Positions 48,401 through 63,400 of a stretch of DNA of 64,000 nt are shown here, one piece after another. Positions within the stretch are counted from its first letter, which is position 1, and each line of letters begins with the position of its first letter. Where the stretch lies: positions 4,216,001-4,280,000 of the forward strand of contig OZ024740.1 of the NCBI GenBank assembly GCA_964016885.1, given 5' to 3'. The translations under genes were made by a program, and so were the position numbers. Source of the DNA: Eledone cirrhosa. Taxonomy: Eukaryota. The notes beneath the pieces were generated by a model. The model had not been told where the DNA came from, ran no database searches, and saw only the letters and a program-made list of their open reading frames with translations.

Positions 48401-51400
48401 AACCTAGGGTACCTGGGAACACTGGCTACCTATTGTGGAAACCTAGGGTACATGGGGAACACTGGCTACCTATTGTTGAAACCTAGGGTACCTGGGAAAA
48501 ACTGGCTACCTATTGTGAAACCTAGGGTACATGGAGAACACTGGCTACCTATTGTGGAAACCTAGGGTACCTGGGGAACACTGGCTACCTATTGTGGAAA
48601 CCTAGGGTACGTGGGGAACACTGGCTAACTATTGTGGAAACATAGGGTACCTAGGGAACACTGGCTACCTATTGTAGAAACCTAGGGTACCTGGGGAACA
48701 CTGACTACCTATTGTGGAAACCTAAGGTACCTGGGGAATACTGGCTACCTGTTGTAGAAACCTAGGGTACCTGGGAACACTGGCTACGTGTTGCGGAAAC
48801 ATAGGGTACCTGGGAACACTGGCTAGCTATTGTGGAAACATAGAGTACCTAGGGAAAACTGGCTAACTATTGTGGAAACATAGGGTACCTGGGGAACACT
48901 GGCTACCTCTTATGGAAACCTAGATTACCTGGGGAACACTGGCTACCTATTGTGGAAACCTAGGATACCTAGGAACACTGGCTATCTATTGTGGAAACCT
49001 AGGCTACCTGGGTAAAACTGGCTACCTATTGTGGAATCCTAGGGTACCTGGGTAACACTGGCTACCTGTTGTGGAAACCTAGGGTATCTGGGGAACACTA
49101 GCTACCTATTGTGGAAACCTATGGTTCCTGGGAACACTGGCTACCTATTGTGGAAACCTAGGGTATCCGGGGAAAGCTGGCTACCTATTGTGGAAACCTA
49201 GGGTACCAGGGGAACACTGGTTACCTATTGTGGAAACCTAGGTTACCTGGGAACACTGGCTACCTGTTGTGGAAACTTAGGGTACAGGGTGAACACTGGC
49301 TACCTGTTGTGGAAACCTAGGGTACCTGGTGAAAACTGGCTACCTATTCTGGAAACCTAGGATACCTGGGGAACACTGGCTACCTATTGCAGAAACCTAG
49401 GGTACCTGGAGAACACTGGCTACCTATTGTCGAAACCTAGGGTACCTGGGGAACACTGGCTACCTGTTGTGGAAACCTAGGGTATCTGGGGAACACTAGC
49501 TACCTGTTGTGGAAACCTGGGTACCTGGGAACACTGGCTACCTATTGTGGAAACCTAGGGTACATGGGGACCACTGGCTACCTATTGTGGAAACCTATCG
49601 TACCTGGGAACACTGGCTACCTGTTGTGGAAACCTAGGTTACCTGGGGAACACTGGCTACCTATTGTGGAAACTTAGGGTACCTGGGGAACACTAGCTAC
49701 CTGTTGTGGAAACCTAGGGTACCTGGGTAAACTGGATACCTATTGTGGAAACCTAGGGTACGTGGGAACACTGACTACCTATTGGGGAAACCTAGGGTAC
49801 CTGGGGAACACTGGCTACCTATTGTGGAAACCTACGGTACCTAGGAACACTGGCTATCTATTGTACAAAACCTACGGTACCTGGGGAAAACTGGCTACCT
49901 ATTGTGGAAACCTAGGGTACCTGGGAACACTGGCTATCTATTGTGGAAACCTAGGGTACCTGGGGAACACTGGCTACCTATTGTGGAAACCTACGGTACT
50001 TGGGAACACTGGCTATCTATTGTGGAAACCTAGGGTACCTTTGGGAAAACTGGCTACCTACTGTGGAAACCTAGGGTACCTGGGTAAAACTGGCAACCTA
50101 TTGTAGAAATTTGGGTACCTGGAGAACACTGGCTACCTGTTGTGGAAACCTAGGTTACCTGGGGTACACTGGCTACCTGTTGTGGAAACCTAGGGTACCT
50201 GGGGAACACTAGCTACCTGTTGTGGTAACCTTAGGGTACCTGGGAACACTGGCTACCTATTGTGGTAACCTAGGGTACATGGGGAACATGGCTACCTATT
50301 GTGGAAACCTAGGGTACCTGGAGAAAATTGGCTACCTATTGTGGAAACCTAGGGTACCTGGGGAACACTGGCTACCTATTGTAGAAACCTAAGGTACCTG
50401 CAGAATACTGGTTACCTGTTGTGGAAACCTAGGTTACCTGGAGAACACTGGCTACCTTTTGTGGAAACGTAGGATTCCCGGGGAACACTAGCTACCTATT
50501 GTGGAAACCTAGGGTACCTGGGAACACTGACTACCTATTGTGGAAAACTAGGATACCTAGGGGAACACTAGCTACCTATTGTGGAAACCTAGGGTACCTG
50601 GGAACACTGGCTACCTATTGTGGAAACCTAGGGTACATGGGGAACACTGGCTACCTATTGTTGAAACCTAGGGTACCTGGGGAAAACTGGCAACCTATTG
50701 TGAAACCTAGGGTACCTGGAGAACACTGGCTACCTGTTGTGGAAACCTAGGGTACCTGGGAACACTGGCTACCTATTGTGGAAACCTAGGATACCTGGGG
50801 AACACTGGCTACCTGTTGTGGAAACCTAGGGTACCTGGGAACACTGGCTACCTGTTGTGGAAACCTAGGTTACCTGGGGAACACTGGCTACCTATTGTGG
50901 AAACTTAGGGTACCTGGGGAACACTAGCTACCTGTTGTGGAAACCTAGGGTACCTGGGGAACACTGGCTACCTATTGTGGAAACCTATGGTACCTGGGTA
51001 ACACTGACTATCTATTGTGGAAACCTAGGGTACCTGGGGAACACTGGCTACCTATTGTGGAAACCTACGGTACCTGGGAACACTGGCTATCTATTGTATA
51101 AAACCTACGGTACCTGGGGAAAACTGGCTACCTATTGTGGAAACCTAGGGTACCTGGGAACACTGGCTATCTATTGTATAAAACCTACGGTACCTGGGGA
51201 AAACTGGCTACCTATTGTGGAAACCTAGGGTACCTGGGAACACTGGCTATCTATTGTGGAAATCTAGGGTACCTGGGGAAAACTGGCTACCTATTGTGGA
51301 AACCAACTGTACCTGGGAACACTGGCTATCTATTGTGGAAACCTAGGGTACCTGGGGAACACTGGCTACCTATTGTAGAAACCTTGGGTACCTGGAGAAC

Positions 51401-54400
51401 ACTGGCTACCTGTTGTGGAAACCTAGGTTACCTGGGGAACACTGGCTACCTATTGCGGAAACCTAGGGTACTGGGGAACACTGGCTACCTATTGTGGAAA
51501 CCTAGGGTACTTGGGGAACAATGGCAACCTGTTGTGGAAACCTAGGGTACCTGGGGTAAACTGGCTACCTATTGTTGAAACCTAGGGTACCTGGGGAACA
51601 CTGGCTACCTATTGTGGAAACCTAGGGTACCTGGGGAAACCTGGCTACATATTGTGGAAACCTAGGGTACCTGGGGAACACTGGCTACCTATTGTAGAAA
51701 CCTAGGGTACCTGGGAACACTGGCTACCTATTGTGGAACCTAGGGTACCTGGGGAACACTGGCTACCTGTTGAGGAAACCTAGGGTATCTGGGAAAAACT
51801 AGCTACCTATTGTGGAAACCTAGGGTACCTGGGAACACTGGCTACCTATTGTGGAAACCTAGGGTTCCTGGGGAAACCTGGCTACCTATTGTAGAAACCT
51901 AGGGTACCTGGGGAACATTGGCTACCTGTTGTAGAAACCTAGGGTACCTAGAGAACACTGGCTATCTATTGTGGAAATCTAGGCTACCTGGGGAAACCTG
52001 GCTACCTATTGTGGAAACCTAGGGTACCTGGGAAAAACTAGCTAACTATTGTGGAAACCTAGGGTATCTGGGAAAAACTAGCTACCTATTGTGGAATCCT
52101 AGGGTACCTGGGAACACTGGCTACCTATTGTGGAAACCTAGGGAACCTGGGGAAACCTGGCTACCTATTGTGGAAACCTAGGGTACCTGGGGAACACTGG
52201 CTACCTATTGTAGAAACCTAGGGTACCTGGAGAACACTGGCTACCTGTTGTCGAAACCTAGGGTACCTAGGGAACACTGGCTACCTATTGTTGAAATCTA
52301 GGGTACCTGGAGAACACTGGCTACCTATTGTGGAAACCTAGGTTACCTGGGGAACACTGGCTACCTATTGTGGAAACCTAGGGTACGTGGGGAACACTGG
52401 CTACCTATTGTGGAAACATAGGGTACCTAAGGAACACTGGCTACCTATATTAGAAACCTAGGGTACCTGGGGAACACTGGCTACCTATTTTGGAAACCTA
52501 ATGTACCTGGGGAATACTGGCTACCTGTTGTGGAAACCTAGGGTACCTGGGAACACTGGCTACCTATTGTGGAAACATAGGGTACCTGGGAACACTGGCT
52601 AGCTATTGTGGAAACCTAGAGTACCTGGAGAACACTAGCTACCTATTGTGGATTCCTAGGGTACCTGGGGACCACTGGCTACCTATTGTGGAAACCTAGG
52701 GTACATGGGAACAGTGGCTACCTGTTGTGGAAACCTAGGGTACCTGGGGAACACTGGCTACCTATTGTGGAAACATAGGGTACCTAGGGAAATCTGGCTA
52801 ACTATTGTGGAAACATAGGGTACCTGGGGAACACTGGCTACCTCTTATGGAAACCTAGATTACCTGGGGAACACTGGCTATCTATTGTGGAAACCTAGGG
52901 TACATGGGGAACACTGGCTACCTATTGTGGAATCCTAGGGTACCTGGGTAAAACTGGCTACCTATTGTGGAATCCTAGGGTACCTGGGGAACACTGGCTA
53001 CCTGTTGTGGAAACCTAGGGTATGTGGGGAAGACTAGCTACCTATTGTGGAAACCTATGGTTCCTGGGAACACTGGCTACCTGTTGTGGAAACCTAGGGT
53101 ACCCGGGGAAACCTGGCTACCTATTGTGGAAACCTAGGGTACCTGAGGAACACTGGTTACCTATTGTGGAAACCTAGGTTACCTGGAGAAAATTGGCTAC
53201 CTATTGTGGAAACCTAGGGTACCTGGGGAACACTGGGTACCTATTGTAGAAACCTAAGGTACCTGCAGAATACTGGTTACCTGTTGTGGAAACCTAGGGT
53301 ACCTCGGGAAAACTGGCTACCTATTGTGGAAACCTAGGGTACCTGGGTAACACTGGCAACCTATTGTAGAAACCTTGGGTACGTGGAGAACACTGGCTAC
53401 CTGTTGTGGAAACCTAGGTTACCTGGGGAACACTGGCTACCTATTGCGGAAACCTAGGGTACTGGGGAACACTGGCTACCTATTGTGGAAACCTAGGGTA
53501 CCTGGGGAACACTGGCAACCTGTTGTGGAAACCTAGGGTATCTGGGGTAAACTGGCTACCTATTGTTGAAACCTAGGGTACCTGGGGAACACTGGCTACC
53601 TATTGTGGAAACCTAGGGTACCTGGGGAAACCTGGCTACATATTGTGGAAACCTAGGGTATCTGGGAAAAACTAGCTACCTATTGTGGAAACCTAGGGTA
53701 CCTGGGAACACTGGCTACCTATTGTGGAAACCTAGGGTACCTGGGGAAACCTGGCTACCTATTGTGGAAACCTAGGGTACCTGGGGAACATTGGCTACCT
53801 GTTGTAGAAACCTACGGTACCTAGAGAACACTGGCTACCTATTGTGGAAATCTAGGGTACCTGGGGAAACCTGGCTACCTATTGTGGAATCCTAGGGTAC
53901 CTGGGAAAAACTAGCTAACTATTGTGGAAACCTAGGGTATCTGGGAAAAACTAGCTACCTATTGTGGAATCCTAGGGTACCTGGGAACACTGGCTACCTA
54001 TTGTGGAAACCTGGGGAACCTGGGGAAACCTGGCTACCTATTGTGGAAACCTAGGGTACCTGGGGAACACTGGCTACCTATTGTAGAAACCTAGGGTACC
54101 TGGAGAACACTGGCTACCTGTTGTCGAAACCTAGGGTTCCTAGGGAACACTGGCTACCTATTGTTGAAATCTAGGGTACCTGGAGAACACTGGCTACCTA
54201 TTGTTGAAATCTAGGGTACCTGGAGAACACTGGCTACCTGTTGTGGAAACGTAGGGTTCCCGGGGAACACTGGCTATCTATTGTATAAAACCTACGGTAC
54301 CTGGGGTAAACTGGCTACCTATTGTGGAAACATAGGGTACCTGGGAACACTGGCTATCTATTGTGGAAACCTAGGGTACCTGGGGAAAACTGGCTACCTA

Positions 54401-57064
54401 TTGTGGAAACCTACGGTACCTGGGAACACTAGCTACCTATTGTGGAAACCTAGGGTACCTGGGAACACTGGCTACCTATTGTGAAAACCTAGGGTACATG
54501 GGGAACACTGGCTACCTATTGTGGAAACCTAGGGTACCTGGAGAAAATTGGCTACCTATTCTGAAAACCTAGGGTACCTGGGGAACACTGGCTACCTATT
54601 GTAGAAACCTAAGGTACCTGCAGAATACTGGTTACCAGTTGTGGAAACCTAGGTTACCTGGAGAACACTGGCTACCTGTTGTGGAAACGTAGGGTTCCCG
54701 GGGAACACTAGCTACCTATTGTGGAAACCTAGGGTACCTGGGAACACTGACTACCTATTGTGGAAAACTAAGATACCTAGGGGAACACTAGCTACCTATT
54801 GTGGAAACCTAGGGTACCTGGGAACACTGGCTACCTATTGTGGAAACCTAGGGTACATGGGGAACACTGGCTACCTATTGTTGAAACCTAGGGTACCTGG
54901 GGAAAACTGTCTACCTATTGTGGAAACCTAGGGTACCCGGGGAACACTGGCTACCTATTGTGGAAACCTAGGGTACCTGGGGAACACTGGCTACCTGTTG
55001 TGGTAACCTAGGGTACCTGGGGAAAACTGTCTACCTATTGTGGAAACCTAGGGTACCTGGGGAAAACTGGCTACCTATTGTGGAAACCTAGGGTACCTGG
55101 GTAAAACTGGCTACCTATTGTGGAAACCTAGGGTACCTGGGGAACACTAGCTACCTATTGTGGAAACCTAGGGTACCTGGGTAAAACTGGCTACCTATTG
55201 TGGAAACCTAGGGTACCTGGGGAACACTAGCTACCTATTGTGGAAACCTAGGGTACCTGGGGAACACTGGCTACCTATTGTGGAAACCTAGGGTACCTGG
55301 GGAACACTGGCTACCTATTGTGGAAACCTAGGGTACCTGGGGAACACTAGCTACCTATTGTGGAAACCTAGGGTACCTGGTAACACTGGCTACCTATTGT
55401 GGAAACCTAGGATACCTGGGAACACTGGCTACCTGGTGTGGAAACCTAGGGTACCTGGAGAACACTGGCTAACTTTTGTGGAAACCTAGGGTACCTGGGG
55501 AACACTGGCTACCTGTTCTGGAAACCTAGGGTACCTGGGGAACACTAGCTACCTGTTGTGGAAACCTAGGGTACCTGGGAACACTGGCTACCTATTGTGG
55601 AAACCTAGGGTACCTGGGGAAAACTGGCTACCTGTTGTGGAAACCTAGGGTACCTGGTGAGAACTGGCTACCTATTCAGGAAACCTAGGGTACCTGGGGA
55701 ACACTGGCTATCTATTGTATAAAAGCTACGGTACCTGGGGAAAACTGGCTACCTATTGTGGAAACCTAGGGTACCTGGGAACACTGGCTATCTATTGTGG
55801 AAACCTAGGGTACCTGGAGAAAATTGGCTACCTATTGTGGAAACCTAGGCTACCTGGGGAACACTGGCTACCTATTGTAGAAACCTAAGGTACCTGCAGA
55901 ATACTGGTTACCTGTTGTGGAAACCTAGGTTACCTGGAGAACACTGGCTACCTGTTGTGGAAACGTAGGGTTCCCGGGGAACACTAGCTACCTATTGTGG
56001 AAACCTAGGGTACCTGGGAACACTGACTACCTATTGTGGAAAACTAGGATACCTAGGGGAACACTAGCTACCTATTGTGGAAACCTAGGGTACCTGGGAA
56101 CACTGGCTACCTATTGTGGAAACCTAGGGTACATGGGGAACACTGGCTACCTATTGTTGAAACCTAGGGTACCTGGGGAAAACTGGCTGCCTATTGTGAA
56201 ACCTAGGGTACATGGGGAACACTGGCTACCTATTGTGGAAACCTAGGGTACCTGGGGAACACTGGCTACCTGTTGTGGAAACCTAGGGTACCTGGGGAAC
56301 ACTGGCTACCTGTTGCGGAAACCTAGGGTACCTGTGGAAAACTGGCTACCTGTTGTGGAAACCTAGGGTACCTAGGGAACACTGGCTACCTGGTGTGGAA
56401 ACCTAGGGTACCTGGGGAACACTGGCTACCTGTTGTGGAAACCTAGGGTACCTGGGGAAAACTGGCTACCTATTGTGAAACCTAGGGTACATGGGGAACA
56501 CTGGCTACCTATTGTGGAAACCTAGGGTACCTGGGGAACACTGGCTACCTATTGTGGAAACCTAGGGTACCTGGGGAACACTAGCTACCTATTGTGGAAA
56601 CCTAGGGTACCTGGGAACACTGGCTACCTGTTGTGGAAACCTAGGGTACCTTGGAAACACTGGCTACCTTTTGTGGAAACCTAGGGTACCTGGGAACACT
56701 GGCTACCTATTCTGGAAACCTAGGGTACCTGGGGAAGACTGGCTACCTGTTGTCGAAACCTAGGGTACCTGGGAAAACTGGCTACCTATTGTGGAAACCT
56801 AGGGTACCTGGGAACACTGGCTACCTATTGTGGAAACCTAGGGCCCCTGGGGAACACTGGCTACCTATTGTGGAAACCTAGGGTACCTGGGGAACACTGG
56901 CTACCTGGTGTGGAAACCTAGGGTTCCTGGGGAACACTGGCTACCTGGTGTGGAAACCTAGGGTACCTAGTGAACACTGGCCACCTGTTGTGGAAACCTA
57001 GGGTACCTGGCGAACACTGGCTACCTGTTGTGGATCACCTAGGGTACCTGGGAACACTGGCTAT
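45407..57064. repeat. 39-40-bp satellite (GTGGAAACCTAGGGTACCTGGGGAACACTGGCTACCTATT)n, ~290 units
   Basis: Directly visible, moderately diverged units with recurring rare-variant blocks. Confidence 0.97.
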
Positions 57065-57440
57065 CGCTGAACTAGACCAAAGCAACATGTACAGAACTGA
57101 AATGAACTGAACACAGACTTCAGAACAAAATAAATTGATAAATTACAACAAAAAATATTTCCTTAATTATCAACTAAAGAAATAATTTTATATTTTGCTG
57201 AGTAATTATTGATATAAAAGACAGAGAATGGGATTTTAATATTGAAGTTATTCCTGGGGTATGAGACTAGAGACACATGGAAACATACATACAAATAAAC
57301 AAAGAAGATATACACTGAGGTGATGACACTGGTAGTGATGAGGATGATAACTAATTTACAAATGAACATGTGAAGAAGTAAGCATATGTGTGGGGAGATG
57401 CAACAGTGAAACCAATTTATAGATGTCCTTTGTGTCTTCC

Positions 57441-60400
57441 CACCATCTTCCCACCATGTTGAGTTACCCTACCATCTTCCCACAGTCTTGAATTTCCCAA
57501 CTATCTTCACACCATGTTGAGTTACCTCACCATCTTCCCACATATTAAAATACCTCACATTCTTCCCACATGTTAAAATACCTCACCCTCTTCCCACATG
57601 TTAAAATACTTCATCATCTTTCCATGTTAAAATACTTCATCATCTTCCCATGTTAAAATACCTCACCCTCTTCCCACATGTTAAAATACCTCACCATCTT
57701 CCCACGTTATAATATCTCACCATCTTCCCACATGTTAAAATACCTCACCATCTTCCCATGTTAAAATACCTCACCATCTTCCCATGTTAAAATAATCTCA
57801 CCATCTTCCCATGTTAAAATACCTCACCATCTTCCCACATTTTAAAATACCTCACCATATTCCCACATGTTATAATATCTCACCATCTTCCCACATGTTA
57901 AAATACTTCACCATCTTCCCACGTTATAATATCTCACCATCTTCCCACATGTTAAAATACCTCACCATCTTCCCATGTTAAAATACCTCACCATCTTCCC
58001 ATGTTAAAATAACCTCACCATCTTCCCATGTTAAAATACCTCACCATCTTCCCACATGTTAAAATACCTCACCATCTTCCCATGTTAAAATAACCTCACC
58101 ATCTTCCCATGTTAAAATACCTCACCCTCTTCCCATGTTAAAATAACCTCACCATCTTCCCATGTTAAAATACCTCACCATCTTCCCACATGTTAAAATA
58201 CCTCACCTCTTTCCATGTTAAAATACTTCACCATCTTCCCATGTTAAAATACCTCACCATCTTCCCACATGTTAAAATACCTCACCATATTCCCACATGT
58301 TATAATATCTCACCATCTTCCCACATGTTAAAATACCTCACCATCTTCCGACGTTATAATATCTCACCATCTTCCCACATGTTAAAATACCTCACCATCT
58401 TCCCATGTTAAAATACCTCACCATCTTCCCACATGTTAAAATACCTCACCATCTTCCCATGTTAAAATACCTCACCCTCTTCCCATGTTAAAATAACCTC
58501 ACCATCTTCCCATGTTAAAATACCTCACCATCTTCCCACATGTTAAAATACCTCACCTCTTTCCATGTTAAAATACCTCACCATCTTCCCATGCTAAAAT
58601 AACCTCACCATCTTCCCATGTAAAAATACCTCACCATCTTCCCCCATGTAAAAATACCTCACCATCTTCCCCCATGTAAAAATACCTCACCATCTTCCCA
58701 TGTTAAAATAATCTCACCATCTTCCCACATGTTAAAATACCTCACACTCTTCCCACATGTTAAACTACTTCATCATCTTCCCATGTTAAAATACCTCACC
58801 CTCTTCCCACATGTTAAAATATCTCACCATATTCCCACATGTTATAATATCTCACCATCTTCCCACATGTTAAAATACCTCACCATCTTCCCATGTTAAA
58901 ATACCTCACCATCTTCCCATATTAAAATACCTCACCATCTTCCCATGTTAAAATACCTCACCATCTTCCCACATGTTAAAATACTTCACCATATTCCCAC
59001 ATGTTAAAATACCTCACCATCTTCCCGTGTTAAAATACCTCACCATCTTCCCATGTTAAAATACCTCACCATCTTCCCACATGTTAAAATACCTCACCAT
59101 CTTCCCACATGTTAAAATACTTCACCATCTCCCATGTTAAAATACCTCACCCTCTTCCCATGTTAAAATACCTCACCCTCTTCCCATGTTAAAATACCTC
59201 ACCCTCTTCCCATGTTAAAATACCTCACCATCTTCCCATGTTAAAATACCTCACCATCTTCCCACATGTTAAAATACCTCACCATCTTCCCACATGTTAA
59301 AATACCTCACCCTCTTCCCATGTTAAAATACCTCACCATCTTCCCATGTTAAAATACCTCACCATCTTCCCATGTTAAAATAACCTCACCATCTTCCCAA
59401 ATTAAAATACCTCACCATCTTCCCATGTTAAAATACCTCACCATCTTCCCACATGTTAAAATACCTCACCATCTTCCCACATGTTAAAATACTTCACCAT
59501 CTTCCCATGTTAAAATACCTCACCCTCTTCCCATGTTAAAATACCTCACCCTCTTCCCATGTTAAAATACCTCACCATCTTCCCATGTTAAAATACCTCA
59601 CCATCTTCCCATGTTAAAATACCTCACCATCTTCCCATGTTAAAATACCTCACCATCTTCCCACATGTTAAAATACCTCACCATCTTCCCACATGTTAAA
59701 ATACCTCACCCTCTTCCCATGTTAAAATACCTCACCATCTTCCCATGTTAAAATAACCTCACCATCTTCCCATGTTAAAATAACCTCACCATCTTCCCAT
59801 GTTAAAATACTTCACCATCTTCCCATGTTAAAATACCTCACCCTCTTCCCATGTTAAAATACCTCACCCTCTTCCCATGTTAAAATACCTCACCATCTTC
59901 CCATGTTAAAATACCTCACCATCTTCCCATGTTAAAATACCTCACCATCTTCCCATGTTAAAATACCTCACCATCTTCCCACATGTTAAAATACCTCACC
60001 ATCTTCCCACATGTTAAAATACCTCACCCTCTTCACATGTTAAAATACCTCACCATCTTCCCATGTTAAAATACCTCACCATCTTCCCATGTTAAAATAA
60101 CCTCACCATCTTCCCATGTTAAAATACCTCACCATCTTCCCATGTTAAAATACCTCACCATCTTCCCACATGTTAAAATACCTCACCATCTTCCCACATG
60201 TTAAAATACTTCACCATATTCCCACATGTTAAAATACCTCACCATCTTCCCATGTTAAAATACCTCACCATCTTCCCATGTTAAAATACCTCACCATCTT
60301 CCCACATGTTAAAATACCTCACCATCTTCCCACATGTTAAAATACCTCACCCTCTTCCCATATTAAAATACCTCACCATCTTCCCATGTTAAAATACCTC

Positions 60401-63400
60401 ACCATCTTCCCACATGTTAAAATACCTCACCATCTTCCCACATGTTAAAATACTTCACCATCTTCCCATGTTAAAATACCTCACCCTCTTCCCATGTTAA
60501 AATACCTCACCATCTTCCCATGTTAAAATACCTCACCATCTTCCCATGTTAAAATACCTCACCATCTTCCCATGTTAAAATACCTCACCATCTTCCCACA
60601 TGTTAAAATACCTCACCATCTTCCCACATGTTAAAATACCTCACCCTCTTCCCATGTTAAAATACCTCACCATCTTCCCATGTTAAAATAACCTCACCAT
60701 CTTCCCATGTTAAAATAACCTCACCATCTTCCCATGTTAAAATACCTCACCATCTTCCCATGTTAAAATACCTCACCATCTTCCCACATGTTAAAATACC
60801 TCACCATCTTCCCACATGTTAAAATACCTCACCATCTTCCCACATGTTAAAATACTTCACCATCTCCCATGTTAAAATACCTCACCCTCTTCCCATGTTA
60901 AAATACCTCACCCTCTTCCCATGTTAAAATACCTCACCATCTTCCCATGTTAAAATACCTCACCATCTTCCCATGTTAAAATACCTCACCATCTTCCCAC
61001 ATGTTAAAATACCTCACCATCTTCCCACATGTTAAAATACCTCACCCTCTTCCCATGTTAAAATACCTCACCATCTTCCCATGTTAAAATACCTCACCAT
61101 CTTCCCATGTTAAAATAACCTCACCATCTTCCCATATTAAAATACCTCACCATCTTCCCATGTTAAAATACCTCACCATCTTCCTACATGTTAAAATACC
61201 TCACCATCTTCCCACATGTTAAAATACTTCACCATCTTCCCATGTTAAAATACCTCACCATCTTCCCATGTTAAAATACCTCACCATCTTCCCATGTTAA
61301 AATACCTCACCATCTTCCCATGTTAAAATACCTCACCATCTTCCCATGTTAAAATACCTCACCATCTTCCCACATGTTAAAATACCTCACCATCTTCCCA
61401 CATGTTAAAATACCTCACCCTCTTCCCATGTTAAAATACCTCACCATCTTCCCATGTTAAAATACCTCACCATCTTCCCATGTTAAAATAACCTCACCAT
61501 CTTCCCATGTTAAAATACCTCACCATCTTCCCATGTTAAAATACCTCACCATCTTCCCACATGTTAAAATACCTCACCATCTTCCCACATGTTAAAATAC
61601 TTCACCATCTTCCCATGTTAAAATACCTCACCCTCTTCCCATGTTAAAATACCTCACCCTCTTCCCATGTTAAAATACCTCACCATCTTCCCATGTTAAA
61701 ATACCTCACCATCTTCCCACATGTTAAAATACCTCACCATCTTCCCACATGTTAAAATACCTCACCCTCTTCCCATGTTAAAATACCTCACCATCTTCCC
61801 ATGTTAAAATACCTCACCATCTTCCCATGTTAAAATAACCTCACCATCTTCCCATGTTAAAATACCTCACCATCTTCCCACATGTTAAAATACTTCACCA
61901 TCTCCCATGTTAAAATACCTCACCCTCTTCCCATGTTATAATACCTCACCCTCTTCCCATGTTAAAATACCTCACCATCTTCCCATGTTAAAATACCTCA
62001 CCATCTTCCCATGTTAAAATACCTCACCATCTTCCCACATGTTAAAATACCTCACCATCTTCCCACATGTTAAAATACCTCACCCTCTTCCCATGTTAAA
62101 ATACCTCACCATCTTCCCACGTTAAAATACCTCACCATCTTCCCATGTTAAAATAACCTCACCATCTTCCCATATTAAAATACCTCACCATCTTCCCATG
62201 TTAAAATACCTCACCATCTTCCCACATGTTAAAATACCTCACCATCTTCCCACATGTTAAAATACTTCACCATCTTCCCATGTTAAAATACCTCACCCTC
62301 TTCCCATGTTAAAATACCTCACCATCTTCCCATGTTAAAATACCTCACCATCTTCCCATGTTAAAATACCTCACCATCTTCCCATGTTAAAATACCTCAC
62401 CATCTTCCCACATGTTAAAATACCTCACCATCTTCCCACATGTTAAAATACCTCACCCTCTTCCCATGTTAAAATACCTCACCATCTTCCCATGTTAAAA
62501 TACCTCACCATCTTCCCATGTTAAAATAACCTCACCATCTTCCCATGTTAAAATACCTCACCATCTTCCCATGTTAAAATACCTCACCATCTTCCCACAT
62601 GTTAAAATACCTCACCATCTTCCCACATGTTAAAATACTTCACCATCTTCCCATGTTAAAATACCTCACCCTCTTCCCATGTTAAAATACCTCACCCTCT
62701 TCCCATGTTAAAATACCTCACCATCTTCCCATGTTAAAATACCTCACCATCTTCCCACATGTTAAAATACCTCACCATCTTCCCACATGTTAAAATACCT
62801 CACCCTCTTCCCATGTTAAAATACCTCACCATCTTCCCATGTTAAAATACCTCACCATCTTCCCATGTTAAAATAACCTCACCATCTTCCCATGTTAAAA
62901 TACCTCACCATCTTCCCATGTTAAAATACCTCACCATCTTCCCATGTTAAAATAACCTCACCATCTTCCGATGTTAAAATACCTCACCATCTTCCCATGT
63001 TAAAATACCTCACCATCTTCCCATGTTAAAATAACCTCACCATCTTCCCATGTTAAAATACCTCACCATCTTCCCACATGTTAAAATACTTCACCATCTC
63101 CCATGTTAAAATACCTCACCCTCTTCCCATGTTATAATACCTCACCCTCTTCCCATGTTAAAATACCTCACCATCTTCCCATGTTAAAATACCTCACCAT
63201 CTTCCCATGTTAAAATACCTCACCATCTTCCCACATGTTAAAATACCTCACCATCTTCCCACATGTTAAAATACCTCACCCTCTTCCCATGTTAAAATAC
63301 CTCACCATCTTCCCACGTTAAAATACCTCACCATCTTCCCATGTTAAAATAACCTCACCATCTTCCCATATTAAAATACCTCACCATCTTCCCATGTTAA

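Larger units (their letters stand above)
45147..57069. mobile_element. hAT (Charlie-like) non-autonomous element inflated by an internal satellite
   Basis: Left end CAGCGTTTCTCAACC, right end CGCTG, identical 8-bp flanks AACTAGAC at 45139-45146 and 57070-57077. Confidence 0.7.

Noticed and set aside
45407-57064. Telomere-derived repeat (CTAGGG resembles TTAGGG) and short ORFs in this array
   Set aside because: Only one hexamer per 40-bp unit and no TTAGGG runs; a hAT subterminal origin fits better. The ORFs are repeat artefacts.
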